Part shown: positions 1 through 10,371 of the stretch, piece by piece
How positions within the stretch are numbered: the first letter of the stretch is position 1
Layout of the letters: each line of letters starts with the position of its first letter
Source of the DNA: Blastocladiella emersonii ATCC 22665
Lineage: Eukaryota; Fungi; Blastocladiomycota
Length of the DNA: 64,000 nt
Assembly (NCBI GenBank): GCA_025594325.1
Contig: JANHCV010000002.1
Coordinates: 496,001 to 560,000 of the forward strand
Reading direction: 5' to 3'
Translations under genes and position numbers: made by a program
Notes under the pieces: model-generated
Told to the model about the DNA's origin: nothing
What the model saw: only the letters and a program-made list of their open reading frames with translations
Database searches by the model: none

Positions 1-1389
1 CGATCGACGTCTCTGCCACATCCATTGCAATCGACGATCTTTCCACTCTCGAAGAGTGCCGTTGGGTCGGCGGAGGCAAGCTTGTACCGAGCGCCGACCT
101 CACCGCAGACGAACTTTTCCGCGACTCGGTGCTTCCTGGGATCGCCGCACGCTTCAAGACGCGCGAGGAGCTTTCCGACATGGTCGAGAAGTTGGTCGAA
201 AGCGCCAAGCAATGCCACGCCGAGGTGAACGACATTCTTCGCCACTACGAGCGCCTCCACGGTGCTCGTGAGCTCGCTTTGCTCATGGAGGTACGTATAT
301 CGAGGCCGTGCTACACGTGGTGCTCGACTCTGATACCAAGACTCGGCCCGAGCGGATTGCGGACCAGCGGCTTCGGGCCGCCGTTGTTGCACATCGCCGG
401 TTTGGTCTGCTCCCGCCTCTGTTTTACCCAGAGGGCTCGGACGAATTCTACCTCGACGTCGCCGACGCTCTTTTTTGCGCCATTTACGACACCGCCGAGC
501 GCATCCTCCCAGCGTACTTCGAAATGCTCGACCATAACCTTCTGCAATACTTCATTCCCAAGTTCGAGGACGAGGTTCGCCAAAGCTTTATCAACGGTAC
601 CACAACTCTGGCGGCTCAGCTCACGTCGAGGAGCGGGTTATTGTGGAGGACATGAAGAAGATGCTCCTCAGGGCAACCACAAACCAGCGGATTCGTGACC
701 TTACTCAGCTTCTCAAGCAGCCCCTTGACAAAATTCGCCCGTTGCAAATGGTTGCCGTCATGCCCGAGCTCGTCCGCGATTACGTCAAACTCGGCGCCCT
801 ACCGCCCGACTATCGCTATCCCCCACTCATTCCAGACATCGAGGTTGTCAGCCGTGTGATTACTCTCAAATTCACCGCGTTCCACAACCTTTTCGTTGCC
901 GGCCCGAATCCAATGCTCTCTGCCAATTTTTCATCTCCTCTTCCCCACCCAACGGACGCGCTCGAGGCGCTTATTGGAGGCAAGGGCAAAGCACCCGCAG
1001 CCATTGGTGCAATCAAGTCGCGCGACGTGGAGCGCGTCGAGGCGTGGCTCCGCGCAGGAGTCACGCATGGACTCGAGGTGTGGGACGCGATGCTCCGCGT
1101 CATGAACCATTTTGTGAAACCCGAGCACCTGTGGACGGTAGAGCCGGCCGATCAGGCGGGTGCAACCACGACTCGCCGCCGTCGCTGGTATGCGGGACTG
1201 ATTGTCGTGGTCGACGACAAGTTTCGCATCTGCGGATACGAGGGCGGGGTGCAGCTGAGCGCCAGAGAATACCAGCTCTCGGCTGTGGAGATGAAGTCGC
1301 TCGTTGCCCGAATCGACGAGTGGCGCGTGCACCAGGACCAGCTTGCGCAGCAAATGCAATCGCTGTCGCTTGGGTCGGGGCGCCGCTAG
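1..1389 (+). pseudogene. Unknown family, A-type copy A1; 5' end lies outside the window; two frameshifts
   Basis: Three successive frames (open from base 3, then ORFs 308..655 and 643..1389) align end to end with the intact paralog at 24684..26213 (LTADELFRDSVLPG vs LTADEFFRDTVLPG; GAIKSRDVERVEAWL vs GAIKSRDVQQVEDWL). Frameshifts near 291-300 and at 614-623. Confidence 0.8.
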
Positions 1390-1813
1390 CGACGATCTCC
1401 GTTTGGCGCTCTCACGGCGCATCGATAGCCGCGCTGCCTGACCCGCAGCGCCGAAAGTCTTGAGTGTGCGGGAGCGGCGGGGTCGTTGAGCTCGCTCGTT
1501 GATGATTCGTTTCGTTTGCGTCCAAGATTCGCCTCATCACCACGTTTCTCGCCTGGATGCGTTAGCCTGCCGCTTTTTGTTCTGCATCAATACCGATCAT
1601 TTTTGTGATATGTCATCTCTTGTTCCCATGCAATCGGTTCTCCAAACGGTTCATTCGCGCGGATAAGCCACTCTCACCTATCAAATCCTCACGTCTCGCG
1701 TAAGCTTTTGGGAGTAATTTCCGAACCGTAACGGAGAGGGACTGCGAAAATCATGTCGCGGCTTGATGACAGTCGGTCGAGGCAGGTGTAAACGCGCGAC
1801 TGCTCGCACATCC

Positions 1814-1850
1814 GAGACGCGACGGGAAATCATGTGAGACTCAGGTGATG
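1814..1850 (+). promoter_or_regulatory. Conserved upstream block of B-type genes: GAGACGCG-N8-TCATGTGA followed by TCAGGTGA
   Basis: Nearly identical to the reverse complement of 24321..24357, which lies upstream of the paralogous B2 gene. Confidence 0.7.
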
Positions 1851-1978
1851 TGAGCCACACCTCGTTTCCACCCGCTGCCCGCGCCCATCCCCACGCCCTC
1901 AGCTTCAGCTAACCATCGCCAAGAGCCTAGACTCTCTCTGGCATCGTCCCACTCCATGCAACGCACCAAACGAATCCC

Positions 1979-3763
1979 ATGAAACACCGTCGAACCCGCC
2001 CCCGCCAAGACAACAGGCCGCCGGCCGACCAAGGCGACATCGGCCCTCCGCCCGAGCTGCTTGGCGAAAACGTCGGCCCCGCTCCCAACGAGTACTCGTG
2101 TGCCGGAACGGGCGCCATGGCAATCCACACGCTTCCGGCTTCCGAGTTCTTTCGCACGAAACTGGTTGCTGGCCTTGACTTCCACCGGAATCTGCGCATC
2201 AAGAGCGTCCAGACGAGGCTGTCCAGTTTTCTGAACGGCTCAACCCGGTTCCACCTCGACGTGAAACGCTTCTTTGCGCGATACGAGCAGTTGTTCGGCA
2301 CCCGCGAGCTTGCACTCTTGCTCGAGTCGCAGGAAAAGACGGTCATGCTGTTCCGCGCCATGTGCGACCGTCGCGGGTACCTCCGCGATCCCGACATGGT
2401 CACCGACCTCCGTATCCGCGAGGCGCTTGCCACCTACCAGGGCTCATCGAAAGGCAACGCTGTCGCATGGTCCCCGGGCTCCGAGGTGTACTACCGCGAG
2501 CTTGGAGCTGAACTTTGCTCTGGCATCATCGATGCTGCGGAGCGCGATCTCGACGCGTTCCTGAACATGCTCGCCGACGAGCTGACCGACGACTTTGTGG
2601 CGCAGCGCGACTACGGCTATCCCCCGGGCAATGTTCGAGGCCGTGCTGTGCTGAGCGCGACTTTGGCTGCTCGGCGCGAAAGCGAATACGAACGCACGGC
2701 ATTCGACCAGATGACGTGGCACTTTCGCGGCGCGGTCGACGCAGAACTCGCGGGTCTGCTTGGCCACCCGGCCGACTTTAGCCACCCGGTTCGGCTGTTT
2801 GCCGTCCTCCCGAAGCTCATGGCGCGGTACGTCGCACGGGGGATCGTTCATCCGAAGTACCAGCCTCCCACGATCGTTCACTCGGCCGAGTCGGTCAATC
2901 CCGTCCTGCGCGTCTCGTTTGAGACCTTCTGCCGCTTGTACATCGAAGGCGAGCCACCGCTTCCCGCTCTTCCTCCCGCCTTGGGGGTGCCCACCAAGTC
3001 GATCGACGCTCTCATCGGAACCAAGACGAACCCGCCCGAGGCCATTGAGACCATCACCCCGCGCGACGTAGAGCAGGTTGAAGCGTGGCTGCAAAACGGC
3101 GTCGATCGCGGACTCGCGGCGTGGGATACGATGCTTTCGATCATGTACCACTACGTCAAGCCCCAGCACCTTTGGAAGGAGCAGACGATCCTCATCAACG
3201 GCCAACTCGCGACGCGCAAGCTCCGCTGGTTCGCGGGCTACATTGCGATGCCCGACCGGAAGACGGTCCAGATCTACTCGTACGAGGGCGGCGTGCGGCC
3301 GTGTTCGGGGGATCCGGACCTGTCGCCGTACGAGCTGCTGGCTCTGCGCGCCCGCGTCGACGAGTGGTACGCGCACCGCGGCCAGCTCGGCGGTCCAGTC
3401 CCGCGCGACGTGTACGAGTACGCGACCGCCACGATCACCGACTTTGACCCTCGCGCGCACGAGGACGAGGGCGATTACGAGGTTGACTACGACGACTCGT
3501 ACGGCGACGAGGACGACCAGCCCATCAGCGACGAGGAACCAGGCGCCGCGGCGGCCGAGCGCGTGACCAAGGGCGAGGACGCCACCAGCAGTGCCAGTGT
3601 CACCGTCCCCGAGCCCAGGCGCATCCTCGACGATGCCTTCGACGACGTCCAACCACTGGCGGAGAGGATGGGCGGGCTGTCCGTTGAGTCTGGAGAGCCA
3701 GTGCCAGCGGGTCCTGCGTCTCCTCCCGCGTACTCGATTCCGTGGCTCGATTCGGACGAGTAG
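1979..3763 (+). CDS. Unknown family, B-type copy B1 (594 aa, intronless, acidic C-terminal tail)
   Basis: Intact ORF with strong similarity to 22369..24240 (RKLRWFAGYI...VQIYSYEGGVRP...YELLALRARVDEW) and weaker similarity to the A-type copies. Confidence 0.85.
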   Translation: MKHRRTRPRQDNRPPADQGDIGPPPELLGENVGPAPNEYSCAGTGAMAIHTLPASEFFRTKLVAGLDFHRNLRIKSVQTRLSSFLNGSTRFHLDVKRFFARYEQLFGTRELALLLESQEKTVMLFRAMCDRRGYLRDPDMVTDLRIREALATYQGSSKGNAVAWSPGSEVYYRELGAELCSGIIDAAERDLDAFLNMLADELTDDFVAQRDYGYPPGNVRGRAVLSATLAARRESEYERTAFDQMTWHFRGAVDAELAGLLGHPADFSHPVRLFAVLPKLMARYVARGIVHPKYQPPTIVHSAESVNPVLRVSFETFCRLYIEGEPPLPALPPALGVPTKSIDALIGTKTNPPEAIETITPRDVEQVEAWLQNGVDRGLAAWDTMLSIMYHYVKPQHLWKEQTILINGQLATRKLRWFAGYIAMPDRKTVQIYSYEGGVRPCSGDPDLSPYELLALRARVDEWYAHRGQLGGPVPRDVYEYATATITDFDPRAHEDEGDYEVDYDDSYGDEDDQPISDEEPGAAAAERVTKGEDATSSASVTVPEPRRILDDAFDDVQPLAERMGGLSVESGEPVPAGPASPPAYSIPWLDSDE

Positions 3764-3834
3764 TTGCAGCGCGTGTGAGGCGCGAGAATATAGAGTGCCT
3801 TTTTGTGACCGTTTCAGCCAACGCCTCAGCGTTT

Positions 3835-3858
3835 GAGACGCGTCGCGCTATCATGTGA
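3835..3858 (+). promoter_or_regulatory. Composite element GAGACGCG-N8-TCATGTGA
   Basis: Same motif and spacing as at 1814, 22269, 24334, 26332, 28018, 31606 and 55263; about 320 bp upstream of the ATG at 4180. Confidence 0.6.
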
Positions 3859-4179
3859 GGCTCGGCTGATCGCCGCCCGCGCCAACGGCGGTGTCACGAT
3901 GAGCCACCGCGCCGTGCCCACGCTGGCCCAGGGACCTGCCCAGGGACTCTGTTTTCGGGCGCCTCCGCTCGCGCTCCTCTCTCTTCTCTCCCCGCTTTCA
4001 GCACAACATAACTGCATGAATCTCGGCGTGGCGCCGCTCGATGGACAGCACGCCCCGACTAGCCGCCGCCGCCGCCACCACCATCCGTTGACGCCGACAC
4101 CGACTCGCCTCGCCTGCTTGCGCCACTGCCTGCGCGCCGACCTCGGTCCCTGAGCCCCACTGCTACCGCCGCCGCCGCC

Positions 4180-6180
4180 ATGTACCACCAGCCGCCGCTG
4201 TCGCCGACGGGCGGCATCCACTCGTCGCTGGGCGACCCGAGCGTCGACTACACGCGGTACCCGGCACCAACTGCGGGGTACCGCCTGGACATCCCGCCGG
4301 TCCCGCCGCTCCCAACCTCCCTGTCGCCGCTCGCCAACATCGACCTGTCGGCGCTGACGATCGACGAGCCGACGACGGGCACGTTCCACCTGACGCTGAC
4401 GCGTGGCGGGCCGAACGGCCCGCTGGTGCGCACCTACGACGACTTTGTGGCGCTGCACTCGGCGCTGTTGCTAGCGTTCCCGGACGCGTCGGGCCGCACG
4501 GGCCGCCAGCCGCGCACGCTGCCGTTCCTGCCCGACTGGCCGTCGCACCGCGACGCGGTCGCCGAGCGCCGCCTGCGCCGCGGCCTCGAGTTCTACGTCG
4601 AAGACCTGCTGCGGCTCCCGCCGTCGATTACCGCGCACCCGGCCGTCGTCCGCTTCTTTGCCCCGCCCGCCGGCGACGTGGAGCCTAACGACAGCGCGTC
4701 GAATGTCAGCACGCTGTCGCAGGGCCGCCGGAGCGCGCCCGCGTCGTCGGCCGTCGGCGGGCCCGCGCTCTCGGTCGTCGACGGGACGCCAAGGAACGCC
4801 TCGCTCGTGCCCGGCAGCCCGTCCGTGCCGCACCACGCGCGGTCGCACTCGGTCGGTTCTGCGCCACCCGCCCCGCCCTCGCAGCGGACGTACCACGACG
4901 CGCCGCCCATGCCGTACCCGCGTAGCGCGCCCGGGAGCCAGGTCGGGAGCGCGCGGTCGCGGTCCCCCGCACCGCCGTCCCCGCGCCCGCCGCGCCGCGC
5001 CGATGCGTCGCTCGCGTACGATGATGAAGATGAGGAGGAGGTGCAAGAGCGCGCGCAGCCCGAAAAGCGGCGCGACGTCGACGACCTCGACGAGCGGTAC
5101 CGCGTGCGTGCGCGGCGCGACGAGTACGGGGCCGGGGCCGATCGTGCGCGCCGGTCCCCGTCGGTGCGCCGCGACGAGTACAACAACGGGGCCCGGTCGG
5201 CGTCCGCCCGCCGTGATCGGGACCGCGATCACGACGACTACGACTGCGATGCGCGGCCGTCTCGGTCGTCGTCCTCGGCGGCGCGCCGCGACGACGAGTA
5301 CGATTACGACGTGCCCCGCCGCTCCCCATCCACGCGCCGCGGTGACAACGACTACGACTCGCGGCCAGCGCGTTCGCCGGCGACGCGCCGCGGGGAAACC
5401 GAGTACGACTCGCGCCCGTCCCGCTCGCCTTCGACGCGCCGCGGTGAAGAATACGACTCGCGCCCAGCGCGCTCGCCGTCGACGCGGCGCGGCGACGCCG
5501 ACCGGTCGCCGTCGGTCCGTCGCCGGCGCAGCCCGAGCCGGTCGCGCGACCCTTCTTCCGGTAACGGCGTGCCTCCACCGCCGCGCCGCGGAAGCACCGC
5601 GCCCAATGTCAACGGCGGGAACCGTCGCCCAAGCGCCGCGAGCGCGCCGCGTTCCCCCGTGCGGCGCGACTCGCGCGAGCCGGTCGCCGACGCGTACGCG
5701 AACCCGCGGCGGCGGACGCGGAGCCCGAACCCACCCCCGCTGCGAGGGAACGATTACGGTCCGCCGAGCCCGCGCGTCGCGAGCCTGGCGTCGGCGCCCG
5801 CGTCGCCGACGTACCCGCGGGCGACGACCATGTCCACGTCCACGTCCTCCGCGCCGAGCTCACCGTCGCTGCGCCCTACCGCCGACCGCGACCCGGACGC
5901 GACAATCAAGGTGACGTTCGTGCTCCCACGCGTGCAGCACGTGTCGGCGGTGCGGATCGCGGCGTCGCAGGTGTCGATTCCGACGCTGTTGAGCGCGGCG
6001 GAGAACAAGGTGGACCAGGCGTACGCGGGCGGCGACCAGCAGCAGCGGAAACCGACGTCGTTTGCGCTCGTGTGGCGCGACCCGCACGGGCGGAACGTCA
6101 AGATCAACTCGGGCACGCTGGCGTCGATCTTGCGCGCGGTCGGGGACGCCGGGAAGCTGGTGGTGTTTTTGGTGTATTAG
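4180..6180 (+). CDS. PX and PB1 domain protein, Bem1/Scd2-like scaffold without SH3 domains
   Basis: N-terminal PX signature (RTYDDFVALHSALLLAFPDASG...RTLPFLP...LEFYVEDLLRLP...VVRFFAP), long Ser/Arg/Pro-rich linker, C-terminal PB1-like fold (TIKVTF...FALVWRDPHGRNVKI...KLVVFL). Confidence 0.7.
   Translation: MYHQPPLSPTGGIHSSLGDPSVDYTRYPAPTAGYRLDIPPVPPLPTSLSPLANIDLSALTIDEPTTGTFHLTLTRGGPNGPLVRTYDDFVALHSALLLAFPDASGRTGRQPRTLPFLPDWPSHRDAVAERRLRRGLEFYVEDLLRLPPSITAHPAVVRFFAPPAGDVEPNDSASNVSTLSQGRRSAPASSAVGGPALSVVDGTPRNASLVPGSPSVPHHARSHSVGSAPPAPPSQRTYHDAPPMPYPRSAPGSQVGSARSRSPAPPSPRPPRRADASLAYDDEDEEEVQERAQPEKRRDVDDLDERYRVRARRDEYGAGADRARRSPSVRRDEYNNGARSASARRDRDRDHDDYDCDARPSRSSSSAARRDDEYDYDVPRRSPSTRRGDNDYDSRPARSPATRRGETEYDSRPSRSPSTRRGEEYDSRPARSPSTRRGDADRSPSVRRRRSPSRSRDPSSGNGVPPPPRRGSTAPNVNGGNRRPSAASAPRSPVRRDSREPVADAYANPRRRTRSPNPPPLRGNDYGPPSPRVASLASAPASPTYPRATTMSTSTSSAPSSPSLRPTADRDPDATIKVTFVLPRVQHVSAVRIAASQVSIPTLLSAAENKVDQAYAGGDQQQRKPTSFALVWRDPHGRNVKINSGTLASILRAVGDAGKLVVFLVY
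5296..5495 (+). repeat. Coding tandem repeat, about four copies of a 16-17 aa unit (YDSRPxRSPxTRRG)
   Basis: Repeated TACGACTCGCG...CGCTCGCC...ACGCGCCGCGG units within the PX-PB1 linker. Confidence 0.85.
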
Positions 6181-6440
6181 ATTGATTCATAGATACCACG
6201 CGCACATGCGTAATTCAACGACGACTGTATCCCGCGCACCTTCACGAGACGAGGTCGGTGGCCTGGTCGGCAGGGGTGGTGGTGGCTCAGCAGCTCGCTC
6301 CTCGGGTGTAGCGCGGCGCGACGACCTTCCGAGCTCTCAACCACGACTCTCAGCGACGCGCGATCGCGCGGGGACGGGCAAGCTCGCGATAGTCATGTTT
6401 TTGGGTGTACTAGGTTCCTCAATGAATGTATATCCTCGTC

Positions 6441-8630
6441 TCACGACGCGTTGAGCGACGGCGGACGCACCTCGCGCGCCTTGGCCTCCTGCGACGACGC
6501 GTAGATAGCGCGGAGCGTCTCCTTCTCCTTCTCAGCGCGCGCGCGCTCGAGCGCCGCGACACCGCCCGTCGACCGGAGGCCGCGGAGGCGGCCGCCGCCG
6601 GGCACCGCGACCACGACGCCCGCCGTGGGTGGCGCAGCAGCGGGCGCGATCTCGGCCGTCGACTTGCGCCCAGCAACGACATCCTCGACCTCCCCGAGCG
6701 ACGCCGCGACGCCGGCGAACTGGCGGAGCTCCCATGAAAAGTCGTCGCGGCGGTGCTCGCGTTCCCAGCGGCGCAGGGTCTCGATCCGGCGCGCGGCGCG
6801 CACGCGGCGTTCCGAGAGGGCCGCGGCGGTTTCGCCGTCGAGGACCGCGGCGAGCTCGGCCATGACGGACGGCAGGCCCTCAAACTCTTCTGCATCGGGC
6901 ACGCCGAACTCGGGCGCGGGACGGCGCGGGATCACGGCGTCGGGGTTCGTGGCCGCGATCGTCGCGACGCGGTTCAGCTGCGCGGTGAGTTTGGCGACGG
7001 CGTCGAGCCGCTGCGTCGCGTCGTCGAGGGACGTCTCGGCGCGGTCCAGCAAGTCCTGCTCGGCGACGACCCGACGCAGGTCGTGCTCCCACACGGCCTT
7101 CCACGCGGGGCGCACCTGGTCGACCTGGGTCTCGGCGAGGGTCACGGCGCGCGCGAGCTCGTCGAGTTCGGCGGCCGCGTAGTCGAGCGCGGCGCGGTTC
7201 GGGATCGCGCCGCGCGAGACCATGTCCCGGCGCATCTGCTCGACGAGGTCGTCGAGGTCCCCGACGCGGTCGCCGAGACCCGTCGTCGCGGCGGTCAGCG
7301 CGGCTTTCGTGCGCTCGAGCACGTCGCGGTTGAAGTCGGCACCCGAGGGGGCGGACGACGGGTCCACGATCCCGCTGTCGCGGTTGGAGGACCCCGACGA
7401 CGACGCGTCGGGTGCGCGGATCGCGGCGTGCAGCTGCTCGCCGATCCCCGCAAGCACCGCGCGGAGCTCGAGCGCCTGGTCCTGCACCTGCGCGCGGAGG
7501 CGGTGGAGGTCGCGGCGGAGTGTGCGGACCGCGGCCAGTTTCTTCTGGAGCGCCGGCAGCGCGGCGGGGACCGCGCCAACCCCCGCCGCCGCAGCCGCGC
7601 GGTTCGCCGCCGCCAAGGACGCGGCGAGCGCGGCGCCCGTCATGGGCGGGGTCGGCGGGGACATGGAGGTGCCGGGCGCCGTGTGCAGCTGCAGGAGGCA
7701 CCCGTCGGTCACATCCCGCAGATCCTCGAGCTCGTAGCCGACCTGCGACGCCGGGTCCTGCAGGTACAGTTTCGGGAACAGGGCGGGGTCGGCGGGCGGG
7801 ACGAGCTGGAACTTGGCGACGAACAGGGATTGGAGGGTGGCCAGGTCGACGGCGGGTTTCGGGTACTTGACGCGCTTCACCTCGTGGCCGACCTGCAGGT
7901 ACAGTTTCTGGACGGTGCCGCCCTCGGGGTTGGTGGCGGTGCGGAGCGGCGACGAGGAGCGCGACGAGCGGCGGCGCGGGGTGCCGTTGAGCGACGTGCC
8001 GGCCGCGGGCGATGGCGCGGCGGACAGCGACTTGCCGGCGGAGCTGCTGCGTCGGCGGCCGTAGTGGTCGGCGTACCCGTTGGCGGGGTGCGGGGGCGGC
8101 GTGAGGAGCGTCGCGGTCGGGCTCGCGCCGCCGTTGGGCGGGGCCACCGCGGCGGCCGACGCGACCGCAACAGCGCCCGCAAGAAACGCGCGCGCGCGGT
8201 CCTGCAGGCCCTTGATGAGCCGCGTAATCAGGAGATTGATCTCCTCACCCGAGACAGCGTCGTCCTCGGGCGCGTCGCCGGGCCCCGTGTCGGCGGACGG
8301 CGAGTAGGCCTGCTCGAACACGTTCTCGAGGGCGGCGCGCAGGGCGTCGGGGAACCCGCGCAGCTCGTCGAGGTCGATCCCCAGGGCCTCGTACTCGTCG
8401 CACGTCTCGAAGAAGGCCTTGACGACCGCCGTGTACAGCAGCGACACCTGCTCGTCCGAGATGTCCGAGTAGTCGAGCAGACCCAGCAGCAGCGCGCGGC
8501 ACGCGCTCGTGATCCGCTTGATGCTCGCCTGCAGCGTCGCGGCGGCGCTCATGGCGGCCGCGTTGGGCGGCGGGGTGCCCGGTGGTGGCGGGGAGGCGGA
8601 GGCGGGACTGCTCCCGCTGGTCGGTGGCAT
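6441..8630 (-). CDS. bud6: Actin-interacting protein Bud6/Aip3
   Basis: N-terminal helical block (LQASIKRITSACRALL...GIDLDELRGFPDALRAALE), AIP3 core (KLYLQVGHEVKRV...LYLQDPASQVGYELEDLRDVTDGCLLQL), WKAVWEHDLRRVVAEQ motif; ATG at 8630. Confidence 0.85.
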   Translation of the reverse strand: MPPTSGSSPASASPPPPGTPPPNAAAMSAAATLQASIKRITSACRALLLGLLDYSDISDEQVSLLYTAVVKAFFETCDEYEALGIDLDELRGFPDALRAALENVFEQAYSPSADTGPGDAPEDDAVSGEEINLLITRLIKGLQDRARAFLAGAVAVASAAAVAPPNGGASPTATLLTPPPHPANGYADHYGRRRSSSAGKSLSAAPSPAAGTSLNGTPRRRSSRSSSPLRTATNPEGGTVQKLYLQVGHEVKRVKYPKPAVDLATLQSLFVAKFQLVPPADPALFPKLYLQDPASQVGYELEDLRDVTDGCLLQLHTAPGTSMSPPTPPMTGAALAASLAAANRAAAAAGVGAVPAALPALQKKLAAVRTLRRDLHRLRAQVQDQALELRAVLAGIGEQLHAAIRAPDASSSGSSNRDSGIVDPSSAPSGADFNRDVLERTKAALTAATTGLGDRVGDLDDLVEQMRRDMVSRGAIPNRAALDYAAAELDELARAVTLAETQVDQVRPAWKAVWEHDLRRVVAEQDLLDRAETSLDDATQRLDAVAKLTAQLNRVATIAATNPDAVIPRRPAPEFGVPDAEEFEGLPSVMAELAAVLDGETAAALSERRVRAARRIETLRRWEREHRRDDFSWELRQFAGVAASLGEVEDVVAGRKSTAEIAPAAAPPTAGVVVAVPGGGRLRGLRSTGGVAALERARAEKEKETLRAIYASSQEAKAREVRPPSLNAS

Positions 8631-8900
8631 GGTGGCAGCGGATCGGCGGGCGGAGTGCGTGCGAGGGCGCGGTTGCACGCAGTCGGCGGCGATTCGTGGC
8701 AGACAAGGACGCGTCGTGCGCGATGGGGGTTTCCTGGGGGGAGGAATGGTGGCGCGGTGGCTTTGCTTTGCGGCCGCGAGAGAAGGAGGAGAGGAGACGC
8801 GCCGCCGCTGCGCGTCACCTGACGCTTCTCGGTTCACTCTTTTCTCGCTCCCGTCCCTCGCGCTTCGCCCTCCCTCCCCGCACACCATCCCGCACCCACC

Positions 8901-10309
8901 ATGGACGACTCGATGCACTACGACGACGCCGACGCGCCGCGCCCCTCCGACGGCGACGCGCCCGAGGCGCAACCCGCCCCCGCGCCGCCGGCCACCGGCG
9001 TCCTGCCGCCCCCACCGCCCGCCAACATCTTTGAAGCGTTCGCCGAGTTTGGCGGCGACGACGAGTCGGAGCTGTCCGAGGTCGACCTCGAGGAGGAGGA
9101 CATTCCGCTGCCCGGGCCCACCCCCGCGCTCGCGGAACCCGAGCCGAGCCGTCGCCCACCGGTCGAGGCGTACGACGACGAGGACGAGTATGAGGGCGAG
9201 GATCTCGGCGATGGGACACGGCGCAAGTACGTTTTGTGGGGATGGGGTTTGCGGGGATGGGTGCTCACGGGCGCGTGGGCGAGTGTAGGAAGCGCAAGAC
9301 GACCAAGGCCGCCAAGCCTGCCGCGCAGCGGCTCGGCCCGTTGCCTGCTGGGATCGACGAGGATGCTGCCGGTACGCTACCCTTCGCGATCACCCTCCGG
9401 TACCCCACTCACACATCCCCCGAAAGCGCGTATCCTCGACGTCCGCAAGTCACTCGACAACGTGGTCAAGACGACGTCTAAGACGCGCAAGCGCAAGCGC
9501 GACATGGACCTGACCGAGGCCGAGGAGCTCGTTCGGTCGGTGCGCGAGCGCATGAAGCAGGCCGCGCAGCACGACATGGACGCGCACCAGCGCAAGGAGC
9601 TCGCCGTCCACAAGCTGCAGATGCTGCCGATCCTCGAGCGCGAAATGGGCCGCGCCGACATGCAGGAACACTTTCTCGACCACCACATCCTCGAGGGGTT
9701 CATGGCCTGGCTCGAGCCCCTCCCCGACGGCTCCCTCCCGCTCTTCGATATCCGCAAGACGCTGTTCGCGATGCTCCAGAAGCTGCCGATCGCGACGGAT
9801 CACTTGCGCGAGGACCGCATCGGCCCGCTCGTCGCGTTCTACGCCAAGTGTCCCCGCGAAACGCCCGAGATTCGCCGGATTGCGCAGGAGTGCATCAGTA
9901 CGCCCTTCTCTCCCTTACCGCTCACCACGCGACTCACCATTCCCCAAAACTAGCCAAGTGGAGCCGCCCGATCCTCAACCTGTCCGACAGCTACCGCGAC
10001 GTGCGCGTCGAGCAGCGGTCCGTGGACCTGGCCCAGCTGCGCTCGCGCCGCGTCCTGCCGCGCTCGTCGCAGGCGGGCAACGCCGTCGACGGGTCCCAGG
10101 GTCCCGCCGCCTCTTCCTCGCAGGATCCCGGCGCCACCCCCGGCCGCCGCGCCCGCGTCCCGCTCCCGCGCGCCGCTGGGTACATGGTCCGCCCCGCCAG
10201 CAACGTCAGCGCCGCGGCCGCGGCCGGCGTGGGCGAGGGCGGCAAGAAGAAGAAGAAGGAGATGCGCGCCAACGACCGCGCGCTGCTCAAGATGCGTACC
10301 GGCAAGTAA
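8901..10309 (+). CDS. iws1: Transcription elongation factor Iws1/Spn1 (introns 9227-9288, 9372-9426, 9898-9953)
   Basis: Acidic N-terminus and TFIIS-N-type domain (AVHKLQMLP...WLEPLPDGSLP...IG...TKWSRPIL); canonical GT-AG introns keep the frame. Confidence 0.9.
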
Positions 10310-10371
10310 CGCGCCAGGGGGAGCGAGGTTGGGCAGGCTGTTATTATGATACACACAAAAATGGATGGAAT

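Noticed and set aside
291-304. GTACGT donor-like site that might explain the first A1 frameshift as an intron
   Set aside because: The nearest AG gives only a 14 nt intron, homology to A2 continues immediately downstream, and the other family members are intronless.
8793-8823. ACGCG and E-box pairs in other promoters (8797/8815, 11851/11870, 39555/39561)
   Set aside because: Both half-sites are present but the spacing is not 8 or 10 nt, so they were not counted as the composite element.
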